A stretch of DNA of 64,000 nucleotides, from assembly GCA_963719315.1 (NCBI GenBank), contig CAVRBU010000002.1, forward strand, positions 704,001 through 768,000, in the 5' to 3' direction. This stretch comes from an uncultured Planctomycetota bacterium (GTDB taxonomy: Bacteria; Planctomycetota; Planctomycetia; Pirellulales; Lacipirellulaceae). Shown piece by piece: positions 50,030-58,728 of the stretch. Under the pieces are notes generated by a model that saw nothing but the letters and a program-made list of their open reading frames with translations, did not search any database and was not told the DNA's origin. The first letter of the stretch is position 1, and each line of letters begins with the position of its first letter. A program made the translations under genes and the position numbers.

Positions 50030-50902
50030 ATGAAGACCCTCCTAACATTTGGCGCATTCCTCATCACCGTGAGCCCGTTCGCGAAGTTCGCCCAAGCTAC
50101 CAATCAACACGCGACGGCCCCTGGCGAGCCAGTCGGTTTCTTTCAAGCCATCGAGGATCATCAGATCGACGTAAAGTTCATCGCCAAAAGCGATCATGAA
50201 GCGCGCGTTCTCGTGAAGAACAACACCAAGCAGCCGATCAGTTTGAAGGTGCCTGAGGCATTCGCCGGCGTGCCCCTTGCGCAGTTCGGTGGTGGAGGTC
50301 GCGGCGGTGGCGGCGGCGGTCGCGGCGGCGGCGGTTTCAGCGGCGGGGGCGGCGGACAACAACAAAGCGTCGGTGGTGGCGGTGGCGGCGGTGGAATTGG
50401 CGGCGGCGGCGGTGGTGGTGGTGGCTTCTTCAGTGTACCGCCCGAAGAAACCGCCAAGATCGACGTAGAGGTCGTATGCCTCGATCACGGCCTTCGCGCT
50501 CCGAACTCTTCGGCCGCTTACAAGATCGTGCCGGCGGAAGAATTCCTCGAAGATCGGCCGGCCGTCGTTGAATTGTTGAAAGCCTTTGGCCAAGGCGAAC
50601 TGCAACACGGCGCCGTTCAAGCCGCGGCCTGGAACTTGAACAATGATCTCAGTTGGGACCAACTTCGCGCACAACTGCAGGGTACACGGCGCAGCTTAAG
50701 CCGTCCGCCGTATTTCACGGCCGACGAAATTCGCATCGGCATGGCCTACGCCCATCAGGCGACAAGTCTGGCCGCAGCCAACGCCGAGAAGTACGCCCAA
50801 GCCAAGAAAGCCCGGGCCGAGAAATTGGCTAAAGAAAGAGCCGAAAGCAGCCAGGCCCGCAGCACCGTCGACGCCGATTCTGCCGAACCGGTAACCAAAT
50901 AA
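50030..50902 (+). CDS. Secreted hypothetical protein with poly-Gly insert
   Basis: Signal peptide; PEAFAGVP-(Gly-rich)-FFSVPPE, VCLDHG..P, VQAAAW. Confidence 0.8.
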   Translation: MKTLLTFGAFLITVSPFAKFAQATNQHATAPGEPVGFFQAIEDHQIDVKFIAKSDHEARVLVKNNTKQPISLKVPEAFAGVPLAQFGGGGRGGGGGGRGGGGFSGGGGGQQQSVGGGGGGGGIGGGGGGGGGFFSVPPEETAKIDVEVVCLDHGLRAPNSSAAYKIVPAEEFLEDRPAVVELLKAFGQGELQHGAVQAAAWNLNNDLSWDQLRAQLQGTRRSLSRPPYFTADEIRIGMAYAHQATSLAAANAEKYAQAKKARAEKLAKERAESSQARSTVDADSAEPVTK

Positions 50903-51024
50903 ATCGTAGACAAATGCAAAACTCAAACCGATTTCACCGGTTAGAGTGTTGAGCACAGTTGCAAACTCCGCCGCTTGCGGCTTAGCGCCCTTCAAAGACG
51001 CCGAAGCCAGCCTGCGGCAACTCG

Positions 51025-52785
51025 TCACGCCGCTCGCGCTTCCTCTATTTCCAAGTCGCGAATCGAAGCCAATAACCGGCGGATTTCCGCCTGGTAATCC
51101 GTCCGCTCGAGATGCCATTGCGATTCCAGTTGCTCGTAGTGCAACTGCTGCCGGTCTAGTTCCTGCTCGCGTGCCACCAACCGCGTCGCTTGCGCTTCGA
51201 TATCCGCGTGGCGCCGCTCGGCCCACGCGCCCAGCTCCGTCCGCTGCACTTCGAGCGCCTGTAACTGCTGTGTTAGTTCGCTGCGGACCAATTCCAAGTG
51301 TTCGGAGCGCTCCGCGATTTCCGCGAGCGTCAATTGATAATGGTCTGCGAGCTTGGATCGCACTTGAGAAATCGACCGCGTCAAACTCGCCGGCGCCAGC
51401 GCACCCGAAAGCTGCGCCCACGTCTCTTCCGTGGCCAACCGCATTTCCAACACTTCGCGCTGCGTCGCCCGCAACTCGGCCTGCATTTGGGCAAGCGCAT
51501 TCTCACGGGCGTCCACATCGGCCTCGCGTTGCTCGAGTTCCTGGATACGGTGTTGTTGCTCGGTCTGTGCCAACTGCTGCTGCGCGACCATCGATCGCCG
51601 CTCGCGCACTGCTTGCTCTTCCAACTGCCGCCGCTGGTTTAGCAGTTCTCGGATCCCGTCGGTCAATTCGGCCTTTTCCTGGGTCAATTGCGCTTCAGCC
51701 TCGTCCAGGTAACGCCGCCGCGCGGCAAACTTCCGCGCTTCTTCCTGCATTACTTGCATCCGCTCTTCAGTCACTCCCAGTCGCTCGTATCGCTCTAATG
51801 CCGTTTCGATTTCTTGTTGGCGATACTCGAGCTGCCGCTCCGTGCTGTTCAACTCGGCTTCGCGGCGGGATAGATCCGACAGCGCCTTGCGTAGCTCGGC
51901 TCGCCCGATTTCCAATTCGCCAGCGCGCTGCCGAAGCGCCTCAGTCTGCTGTTCGAATTCGTCGCTCTGCGCTTGCAGTCGCGATTCCCAATCGGAGATT
52001 TTCTCTTCGCGGCGCTCGACTTCGGCCAGTCGTTCATCGGCGCGGGCCTTATCCGCCATCACCTGCTCGATGTCGCGATAGAGAATCGCCTGCCGCTGAT
52101 CCAGTTCGCGATGGCGATCTTCGATTGATTCTTTGCGCGCCTGCAAGCGTTCGTGCCTCTCGTCCCACGCCGCCCGATCTTCGTCTAGCGAAGCCAGCCG
52201 ATTTTGTATTTCAGTTTTTGTCTGTTCCAGTCCAGCCAGTTGGGCTTGCAGCCGATACTCGCGCTCTGCGAGCGACTCCTCACGAACTTTCGTCAACTCT
52301 TTGGAGCGAGCTTCCGCGGCCGCCTCGCGATCGAGAATTTCTTGTTCGCGGGCTGCAACAACGTCAGCACGTTCGTCCAGTTCTTGTTGCCGCTCGGCCA
52401 GCCATTGCCGCGCACTCTCCCACTTCGCATCCAGATCGGCCTCTTGCGCGGCTAGCGCGTTTTGCCGGCGATCGAGCGCCGATTGCTCGCCTTGCAATCG
52501 ATCGGCCAATTGGGCCGCATGTTCGCGCAACTGATCCAACGAATGTTCCACGACGCTGCTCGCAGCGCTCGAATGTGCTTCGAACGCCGCGCCAACTGGC
52601 TGCAGCGCGACGCGTTCGCCAACCGCTTGCAGCACACGTTTCGGCGCGGCGTGCGGTTGGTCGATTCGTATCTCGCCGCCGAAAAAGCCGGGGCTCTCGG
52701 TGGATTTGAGTTCACCTTCGCTCGACATACTACGAGACCTTGGGAGCAGGGAGGAGATTCGCCGCAAAGTTTCGCTAATCGGCAA
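51025..52785 (-). CDS. Long coiled-coil protein of unknown function
   Basis: About 500 aa of E/Q/R/L/A heptad-rich sequence with no ATPase motifs. Confidence 0.8.
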   Translation of the reverse strand: MPISETLRRISSLLPRSRSMSSEGELKSTESPGFFGGEIRIDQPHAAPKRVLQAVGERVALQPVGAAFEAHSSAASSVVEHSLDQLREHAAQLADRLQGEQSALDRRQNALAAQEADLDAKWESARQWLAERQQELDERADVVAAREQEILDREAAAEARSKELTKVREESLAEREYRLQAQLAGLEQTKTEIQNRLASLDEDRAAWDERHERLQARKESIEDRHRELDQRQAILYRDIEQVMADKARADERLAEVERREEKISDWESRLQAQSDEFEQQTEALRQRAGELEIGRAELRKALSDLSRREAELNSTERQLEYRQQEIETALERYERLGVTEERMQVMQEEARKFAARRRYLDEAEAQLTQEKAELTDGIRELLNQRRQLEEQAVRERRSMVAQQQLAQTEQQHRIQELEQREADVDARENALAQMQAELRATQREVLEMRLATEETWAQLSGALAPASLTRSISQVRSKLADHYQLTLAEIAERSEHLELVRSELTQQLQALEVQRTELGAWAERRHADIEAQATRLVAREQELDRQQLHYEQLESQWHLERTDYQAEIRRLLASIRDLEIEEARAA

Positions 52786-53028
52786 AACTTACTAGTTGAC
52801 CATCGGCACTATGCCGCAAAACTCCACCACAACCGATGCAGATCGCCACACTCCCGTAGAGCGGCGAGCGTGGCGATATTGGGCAACGTCTTTAGAGCGC
52901 TGGCACTGCCAGCGATGAAGCGAGCCAATGTTACGACAGCAGGCGACTTTCCTGTCAATTCATCCCGGATGAACATCGACAGGCGAGCCGCCTGTCGCTA
53001 CCGGCTGACGACCGCTTGCAGCACCGGC

Positions 53029-53353
53029 TTAAACCTTAGCGGCGTCGATCGCTTGCTGAAGCTTCGTCTTTGGCTGCACGCCGACAAACCGATCCACGAC
53101 TTCGCCGTTCTTGAACAACATCAAGGTGGGGATGCTGCTCACGCCGAAGCTTTGGGCCGAGTTCGGGCGCTTCGTCCACGTTGAGTTTGCCGATCTTAAT
53201 GGTTCCCTGGTTCTCACCGGCCAATTGTTCGATCACCGGGGCGATTTGGCGACAGGGCCCGCACCACGGCGCCCAAAAGTCGACGAGCACCGGTCCGCTA
53301 GCTTGCAAAACTTCACTGTCAAAATTTTTGTCGTCAAATTCAGGTACGCCCAT
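53029..53353 (-). CDS. trxA: Thioredoxin; apparent 1-bp insertion near 53165
   Basis: [17 protein letters not shown] in one frame; [21 protein letters not shown] in the next; GGAG SD. Confidence 0.93.
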
Positions 53354-53567
53354 CGCTACGGTCTCCTTTGCACAATATGCCTTACGTTCGCCGTGAATTA
53401 TAAGATCTCGCGGTCGAGTGTCAACGACGCCTCGGGGATTGCCGCCAAACACTAGATCAGGAATACTGACAAAGCATGTTGGGGCTCGGTTCGCCGGGCG
53501 GAAACAGCCGCTCTCTGGTGAGGAAGCAAGCCCGCCCGCGTCGCCAGATCAAGAATGGAGGAATACC

Positions 53568-54158
53568 ATGGCCGCCACGTCCAGCACGATGTTGCCCCTT
53601 GGCACGAAAGCTCCGAATTTCACGCTCGTCAACGTCGATGGACGATCGGTTTCGCTTAAGGACTTCGACGGCGCTCCAGCGCTACTTGTGATATTCATGT
53701 GCAACCATTGCCCGGTCGTCTTACACGTCGCGGATGCTCTCGCAGAATTTGCTGCTGAGTACACTGCGAAGGGCGCAGCGATCGTCGGCATCAGCTCGAA
53801 CGATGTATCGAAGTATCCGGCCGACTCGCCCGAGCAAATGGTGCGCGAAGCCGAAGTCCGCGGCTACGTGTTCCCCTACCTTTATGATGAAACGCAGGAG
53901 GTGGCCAAGGCTTATCGGGCGGCTTGCACGCCCGACTTCTTCTTGTTTGACCGCGACCGGCGGCTAGCCTATCGCGGTCAGTTTGATAGCAGCCGGCCCG
54001 GCAACGGCGTACCCGTAACCGGCGCCGATTTGAGGGCCGCGTTGGATGCGGTTCTGGCCGGTAAGAAGCCGAATGAGAAACAAACGCCCAGCATTGGCTG
54101 CAACATCAAGTGGATTGAGGGCAACGAGCCCGATTACTTTATGCCCCATCCGAAGTAA
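53568..54158 (+). CDS. AhpC/TSA-like thioredoxin-family protein
   Basis: GGAGG SD; FMCNHCP, ISSND, YPADSPE, AACTPDFF, PSIGCNIKW. Confidence 0.92.
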   Translation: MAATSSTMLPLGTKAPNFTLVNVDGRSVSLKDFDGAPALLVIFMCNHCPVVLHVADALAEFAAEYTAKGAAIVGISSNDVSKYPADSPEQMVREAEVRGYVFPYLYDETQEVAKAYRAACTPDFFLFDRDRRLAYRGQFDSSRPGNGVPVTGADLRAALDAVLAGKKPNEKQTPSIGCNIKWIEGNEPDYFMPHPK

Positions 54159-54284
54159 GACTGCTACATGCATGAGGTGCTAGCAACGCCGAGGCGACCT
54201 TTACCGGCGCTACCCTTGCAGGCTATCCTTCCGCTCGCCGAACTCTTGCGAACCAGGCTTTTCATCAAGCCGTCGGAGGGAATC

Positions 54285-55094
54285 ATGTTGTTTGGATCGA
54301 TTCACGGTGCGCGTCGCACGAACTCGCTGGCCGGAGTGGGCTGGCTCGTCGTTGTCGTTGCAATCGCTAGCGGCGCGGGCCAGTTGTTGGGTGAAGGTTT
54401 TCGCATTCAAACGAAGATCTACGTCGGAGATGAAAAGGAACCTACCAGCAAAACCACAACACTGTTTCAAGACGGCGTCGTGTATGACTTCCTCGAGAAT
54501 CCAGAGCAGACGGCAGTGTTTCGCAAGCCAACGGGCGACAAGCCTGCCCGGTTCATCCTACTAAACGATCAAAAGCAGGCTCAGACAGAGGTCTCGACCG
54601 AAAAATTGAGCGCTGCAATGAAAAAGCTTCGCACTTGGGCTGTTGAACAGAAAGACCCTTTCCTGCAGTTTTCCGCCAATCCGCAGTTCAAAGAAACATT
54701 CGATCGTGACAGCGGCAGGCTGGTGCTGACCAGCTATATAGAAACGTACACGGTCGAGACGAACCAAACACAGCATCAAGATATGTTAGGCTCGTACCGC
54801 GAGTTTCTGGATTGGTACACGCAGTTGAACACACTCTTGACCGGAGGAGGAATCCCGCCCGATCCGCGGCTGAAGCTCAACGAGGTGCTCGCGCGTCATA
54901 AAGCGATTCCCACCAAAGTCGAATTGAAGCGAGCCGGCGAAGACCCGATTCGTGCCGAACACGATTTCACCTGGCGGCTGTCTCAGGATGATCTTGAGCG
55001 CATCGATGACGTGCATAATGCGTTGTCAAAATATAAGTCCATGGAAAATGCGGAGTTCCTGCAACTCGACCATCCGCTCAAAGCCACCAAGTGA
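54285..55094 (+). CDS. Secreted hypothetical protein
   Basis: GGAGG SD before ATG 54285; signal peptide; no recognised domain. Confidence 0.72.
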   Translation: MLFGSIHGARRTNSLAGVGWLVVVVAIASGAGQLLGEGFRIQTKIYVGDEKEPTSKTTTLFQDGVVYDFLENPEQTAVFRKPTGDKPARFILLNDQKQAQTEVSTEKLSAAMKKLRTWAVEQKDPFLQFSANPQFKETFDRDSGRLVLTSYIETYTVETNQTQHQDMLGSYREFLDWYTQLNTLLTGGGIPPDPRLKLNEVLARHKAIPTKVELKRAGEDPIRAEHDFTWRLSQDDLERIDDVHNALSKYKSMENAEFLQLDHPLKATK

Positions 55095-55137
55095 ACGGGG
55101 TGAGCGGTGGATACGAGCAATCCAGAGTGGACTCAAC

Positions 55138-55995
55138 TTATTCCCGCGTGAGTTGCTTAAACCGCTTTTCCAGATCGCGAGTCATCGGCCCCGGATTCCC
55201 CATGCCAATGACGCGGCTATCGACTTTGACAACTGGAATAACCTCGGCGGCCGTGCCTGTGAGAAAACACTCGTCCGCCACATAAACATCGTGCTTGGTG
55301 AGCGGCGCTTCGTGCACCTTGATTCCGATGTTGCCCGCGATTTCAATCACGGCATCACGCGTAACCCCCTGCAGAATTCCCGCTTCGAGCGGCGGCGTCC
55401 ACAACTCGCCGTGCCGCACGAGAAAGATGTTGTCTCCCGTACACTCGGCAACCTCGCCTTTCTGGTTAAGCATGAGCGCTTCGATGCACCCCGCCTGCAA
55501 GCCTTCGATCTTGGCCAGGATATTGTTGAGATAGTTTAGCGACTTGATCCGCGGATTGAGCGCCGCCGGGTGCATCCGTTGCACGCTCACTGTGGCGATC
55601 TCCAGGCCTTTCTCGTACAACTCCTTGGGATACAACGCGATCGCATCGGCGATAATGATCACTTGCGGGTTACTGCAACGATTGGGATCGAGCCCTAGCG
55701 TGCCGGCGCCACGCGTCACGACGAGGCGAATGTAACCGTCGTCGATCTTGTTGATGCGTACCGCTTCTTTCACCGCAGCGGACATCGCATCCGGCGTTAG
55801 CGGAACATCAAGCCGAATCGCCTTTGCCGATTCGTACAGCCGCGTAATGTGCTGACCAAGCCGGAAAACATTGCCGCCGTAGGCCCGTAAGCCTTCGAAA
55901 ACGCCGTCGCCATACAGCAGCCCATGATCGAAGACGCTGATCTTGGCTTCTTCTTGCGGAACAAACTTGCCGCTGATGTAGATTTGGCGGGGCAT
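55138..55995 (-). CDS. ilvE: Branched-chain amino acid aminotransferase
   Basis: DHGLLYGDGVFEG, YIRLVVTRG, IKSLNY, ECTGDNIF, GILQGVTR, LTGTAAEV. Confidence 0.95.
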   Translation of the reverse strand: MPRQIYISGKFVPQEEAKISVFDHGLLYGDGVFEGLRAYGGNVFRLGQHITRLYESAKAIRLDVPLTPDAMSAAVKEAVRINKIDDGYIRLVVTRGAGTLGLDPNRCSNPQVIIIADAIALYPKELYEKGLEIATVSVQRMHPAALNPRIKSLNYLNNILAKIEGLQAGCIEALMLNQKGEVAECTGDNIFLVRHGELWTPPLEAGILQGVTRDAVIEIAGNIGIKVHEAPLTKHDVYVADECFLTGTAAEVIPVVKVDSRVIGMGNPGPMTRDLEKRFKQLTRE

Positions 55996-56050
55996 GGGTC
56001 AGTTCACAATGTTTGCTTCCAGGTACACTGCGAGCACGAATAACATGTAA

Positions 56051-56128
56051 AGACAAGGAGGCAAGGAGAGGAGGAGATTCGTGTTTTAATGTTTCTCCTT
56101 GACTCCTTGTCTCCCCATTTCTTTGTCT
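56051..56128. repeat. 8-mer AGACAAGG periodic inverted repeat between lolD-like gene and ilvE
   Basis: agacaagg aggcaagg agaggagg ... tctccttg actccttg tctcccca tttctttg tct. Confidence 0.85.
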
Positions 56129-56199
56129 TTGCGAACGACGTCTTTGTGCACCAAACCCCTAGTGGAGCTTCACAAAGGACACACGGCCAACCGCCAGGT

Positions 56200-57114
56200 T
56201 CACGCGGCGACGACGCGGCCGTCGACTAGGGTGACGGTGCGGTCGGCTTCGGCGGCGATTCGCGAGTCGTGCGTCACCATGACTATAGTGAGGTTTTGCT
56301 CGCGGTTCAACCGACGCAGAATCTGCATGATTTCCTCGCCCGTGTTTTTGTCGAGATTGCCGGTCGGTTCGTCTGCCAGCAATACGCGCGGGGACGCGAC
56401 GAGTGCTCGCGCGATCGCCGTGCGTTGCATCTCGCCGCCGGAAAGCTCGCGCGGCTTGTGCTTAAGGCGGTGCCCCAACCCGACGAGTTCCAACATTTCA
56501 CAGGCACGTTCCTTGTACGCACGGCGTCGACGCCAATAACCCAACACGCTCTCGCCGATCATCGCCGGCGACAGCACGTTTTCAAGTGTCGTGAGCTCGG
56601 GCAGCAAGTGATAGAACTGGAACACCATACCGAAGTATTTATTGCGCAGGATGTCGCGTCCGGCCGAGGGAACGTTGTCGATCCGATGCCCTTCAAAGCA
56701 AATCTCTCCGGAGTCCGGAGCGTCGAGCGTGGCGAGCAGGTGCAGCAACGTGGTTTTGCCGCAACCGCTGGGACCGATGATCGAGACGAATTCTCCCTCG
56801 TTGATGGAAAGCTCGACGCCCTGCAACACGGGAATGACGATCGATGCCTTGCGGTAGCTTTTGCGAACGTAATGGGCGGCCAGCAGTTCGCGAGTGCCTG
56901 CCGCATCTGGCGCGAGCATCTGTGAGACTGTTTGCGGCGCGCCGTAGACAATCTGGTTGTGCGCCGTTCGCGCCGAGCTAGTCTGTTGGTTAAGCAACGA
57001 AGGCACTGGCGCAGTCAGCGGCACCCGAACTTTTGGCGGCGGGGACAGCGGCATGTCAGATAGGTTCAGCCCATGCGATTCGTAGATTGACGGCATGTTA
57101 TAGGTGTCACTCAT
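56200..57114 (-). CDS. lolD: LolD-like ABC transporter ATP-binding protein
   Basis: GPSGCGKTT, VFQFYHLLPE, LSGGEMQR, LADEPTGNLD; adjacent to a LolC/E-like permease and lysS. Confidence 0.85.
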   Translation of the reverse strand: MSDTYNMPSIYESHGLNLSDMPLSPPPKVRVPLTAPVPSLLNQQTSSARTAHNQIVYGAPQTVSQMLAPDAAGTRELLAAHYVRKSYRKASIVIPVLQGVELSINEGEFVSIIGPSGCGKTTLLHLLATLDAPDSGEICFEGHRIDNVPSAGRDILRNKYFGMVFQFYHLLPELTTLENVLSPAMIGESVLGYWRRRRAYKERACEMLELVGLGHRLKHKPRELSGGEMQRTAIARALVASPRVLLADEPTGNLDKNTGEEIMQILRRLNREQNLTIVMVTHDSRIAAEADRTVTLVDGRVVAA

Positions 57115-58630
57115 AGCGGAGGGCCTCGACCGGGTGAAGCCGCGCAGCGCGCTGCGCGGGCAGGATACTGGCCAGGACTGCGATACCCATCGAACCTAGA
57201 ACTATCCAGGCAACGGTCGGCCACTCGATGATCGTGGGAATCTTCTGAAAGTAATAAATCGACGGATCGAAGACCGGCTGACCCGTGATGCGGCCCAGCA
57301 AGTCGGCGATTTCATTGATGTAGCGAACGAACAGCAACCCGAGCCCCAGGCCAACGCTCGCACCGACGACGCCGAGGCTCAGTCCGTAGCCCAGGAAAAT
57401 GCCCATGATTCCTCGGCCGGTCGCGCCGAGCGATTTCAGAATGCCGATGTCGCGAGTCTTCTCGAACACGATCATGAAGAAGATCGCGAGGATGCCGAAA
57501 CCGGCCACCGCGATGATCAGGAACAAGAGCACATTGAGCACGGCCGTTTCCATTTGCACTGCGGCGAGCAGGGCCCCTTCCTTATCGCGCCAAGTGCTGA
57601 TTTTGAAGACCTGCGGCGGGAATTTGTCTCGCAATAGGTCCCGAACCATGTTGAGATCTACACATTCCTTTAGCCGAATCTGGATCGCGTTACAGTTCGC
57701 GATGCCGGTCGAGGGATCGACCATCCCGCGGAGCTCTTGCAGTTTGCGGATCGGAACAAACACGAAACTCGAGTCGTATTCGTTCATTTTGCTTTCGTAA
57801 AAATCAACGCAGGTGAACTTCGCACTTAGCACCTTGGGCGGCTTGCCAGCCGTCGGGTAGCTGATTTCGACATCATCCCCGGGGAGGGCGAGGAAGCCGT
57901 CGGAGCCGTCCAGCATCCGATAACCGCACAGACCTATGCCGAGCACGCAACCGGTGTGTTGGTCCTTAGCGGGATTGAAATCGGTGCCTTCCGGGGCAGC
58001 GGGGCCAATCGCATCGGGCCCGCCGCTGTGAGCACTCTGGAACGGGTTGCCTTCGAGGGCGCCCTCCGGAACGATCACGTGCGACATAAACTTTGCATTG
58101 CGCCGACGATACTCCCAGCCGGCTTTCTGCATTTCGTGCCGCGGTTGAATTTTGCTGGGATCGGTCGCCTGGTGATCAAGCATATCGTAACCGCCCTCTT
58201 TGAGGCGGAAGTCGAGCTTCTCGCGGTTCGCGGGGTGCTGCAGAAACTGGCCGAAGTCACTGACAGTCGCATACGTCCCCTCATCAACGCCGATGAGCGT
58301 AATTTGCTTGTTGATGTAATTGCTTCCGTAAGAGTATCCGAGCATGGCCGGAACGTGCACGGTGGGCGACATTCCCGAGATGTACTTCCCGGCAACATTG
58401 CGAATTTCCGCCATGCGGCGATCGGCATCCGGAAAGCCGTCGAGCCCGAGGCCTTCGAACACGATGTCGGAAAGGATGCCGTGAATGCGGTCTTTCATCT
58501 CGTGCGTGAAACCCTCCATGACGGAGTTGACGACGATCATCGTCGCCACGCCGAGCATCACGCTGACGATTGAGGCTAACGCGATATAGCGGGTGCGGAG
58601 GTAGCGCCAGCAGAGTAGAAGTTTGTACAT
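57107..58630 (-). CDS. LolC/E-like (FtsX/MacB family) ABC transporter permease
   Basis: RYLR, VNSVMEGF, EKTRDIGILKSLGA, IYYFQKIP, RAARLHPVEALRYE. Confidence 0.9.
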   Translation of the reverse strand: MYKLLLCWRYLRTRYIALASIVSVMLGVATMIVVNSVMEGFTHEMKDRIHGILSDIVFEGLGLDGFPDADRRMAEIRNVAGKYISGMSPTVHVPAMLGYSYGSNYINKQITLIGVDEGTYATVSDFGQFLQHPANREKLDFRLKEGGYDMLDHQATDPSKIQPRHEMQKAGWEYRRRNAKFMSHVIVPEGALEGNPFQSAHSGGPDAIGPAAPEGTDFNPAKDQHTGCVLGIGLCGYRMLDGSDGFLALPGDDVEISYPTAGKPPKVLSAKFTCVDFYESKMNEYDSSFVFVPIRKLQELRGMVDPSTGIANCNAIQIRLKECVDLNMVRDLLRDKFPPQVFKISTWRDKEGALLAAVQMETAVLNVLLFLIIAVAGFGILAIFFMIVFEKTRDIGILKSLGATGRGIMGIFLGYGLSLGVVGASVGLGLGLLFVRYINEIADLLGRITGQPVFDPSIYYFQKIPTIIEWPTVAWIVLGSMGIAVLASILPAQRAARLHPVEALRYE

Positions 58631-58649
58631 GAAATCCCGTCCTTGGGAT

Positions 58650-58728
58650 GAAGGTGTAAGGCATAAGGTGTAAGTCGTAAGTTCGGATTTCGATTCTTAC
58701 ATTTCGACTAATGCCTTATACCTTATTC
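58650..58728. repeat. 7-mer TAAGGnn periodic inverted repeat filling the lysS-permease intergenic gap
   Basis: gaaggtg taaggca taaggtg taagtcg taagttc ... ttcttac ... cttatac cttattc. Confidence 0.7.

Noticed and set aside
50285..50425. GGC/GGT-rich tract as a non-coding repeat
   Set aside because: It encodes the in-frame poly-Gly segment of gene 50030..50902.
50946..52709. 587-aa plus-strand ORF
   Set aside because: Antisense shadow of the coiled-coil gene, with Arg/Pro/Ala-rich non-protein-like composition.
52780..52830. GGCAAA...GCAAAAC resembling a c-di-GMP-I riboswitch
   Set aside because: It lacks the GNRA-capped stem and the pairing needed, and it is on the strand opposite the adjacent gene.
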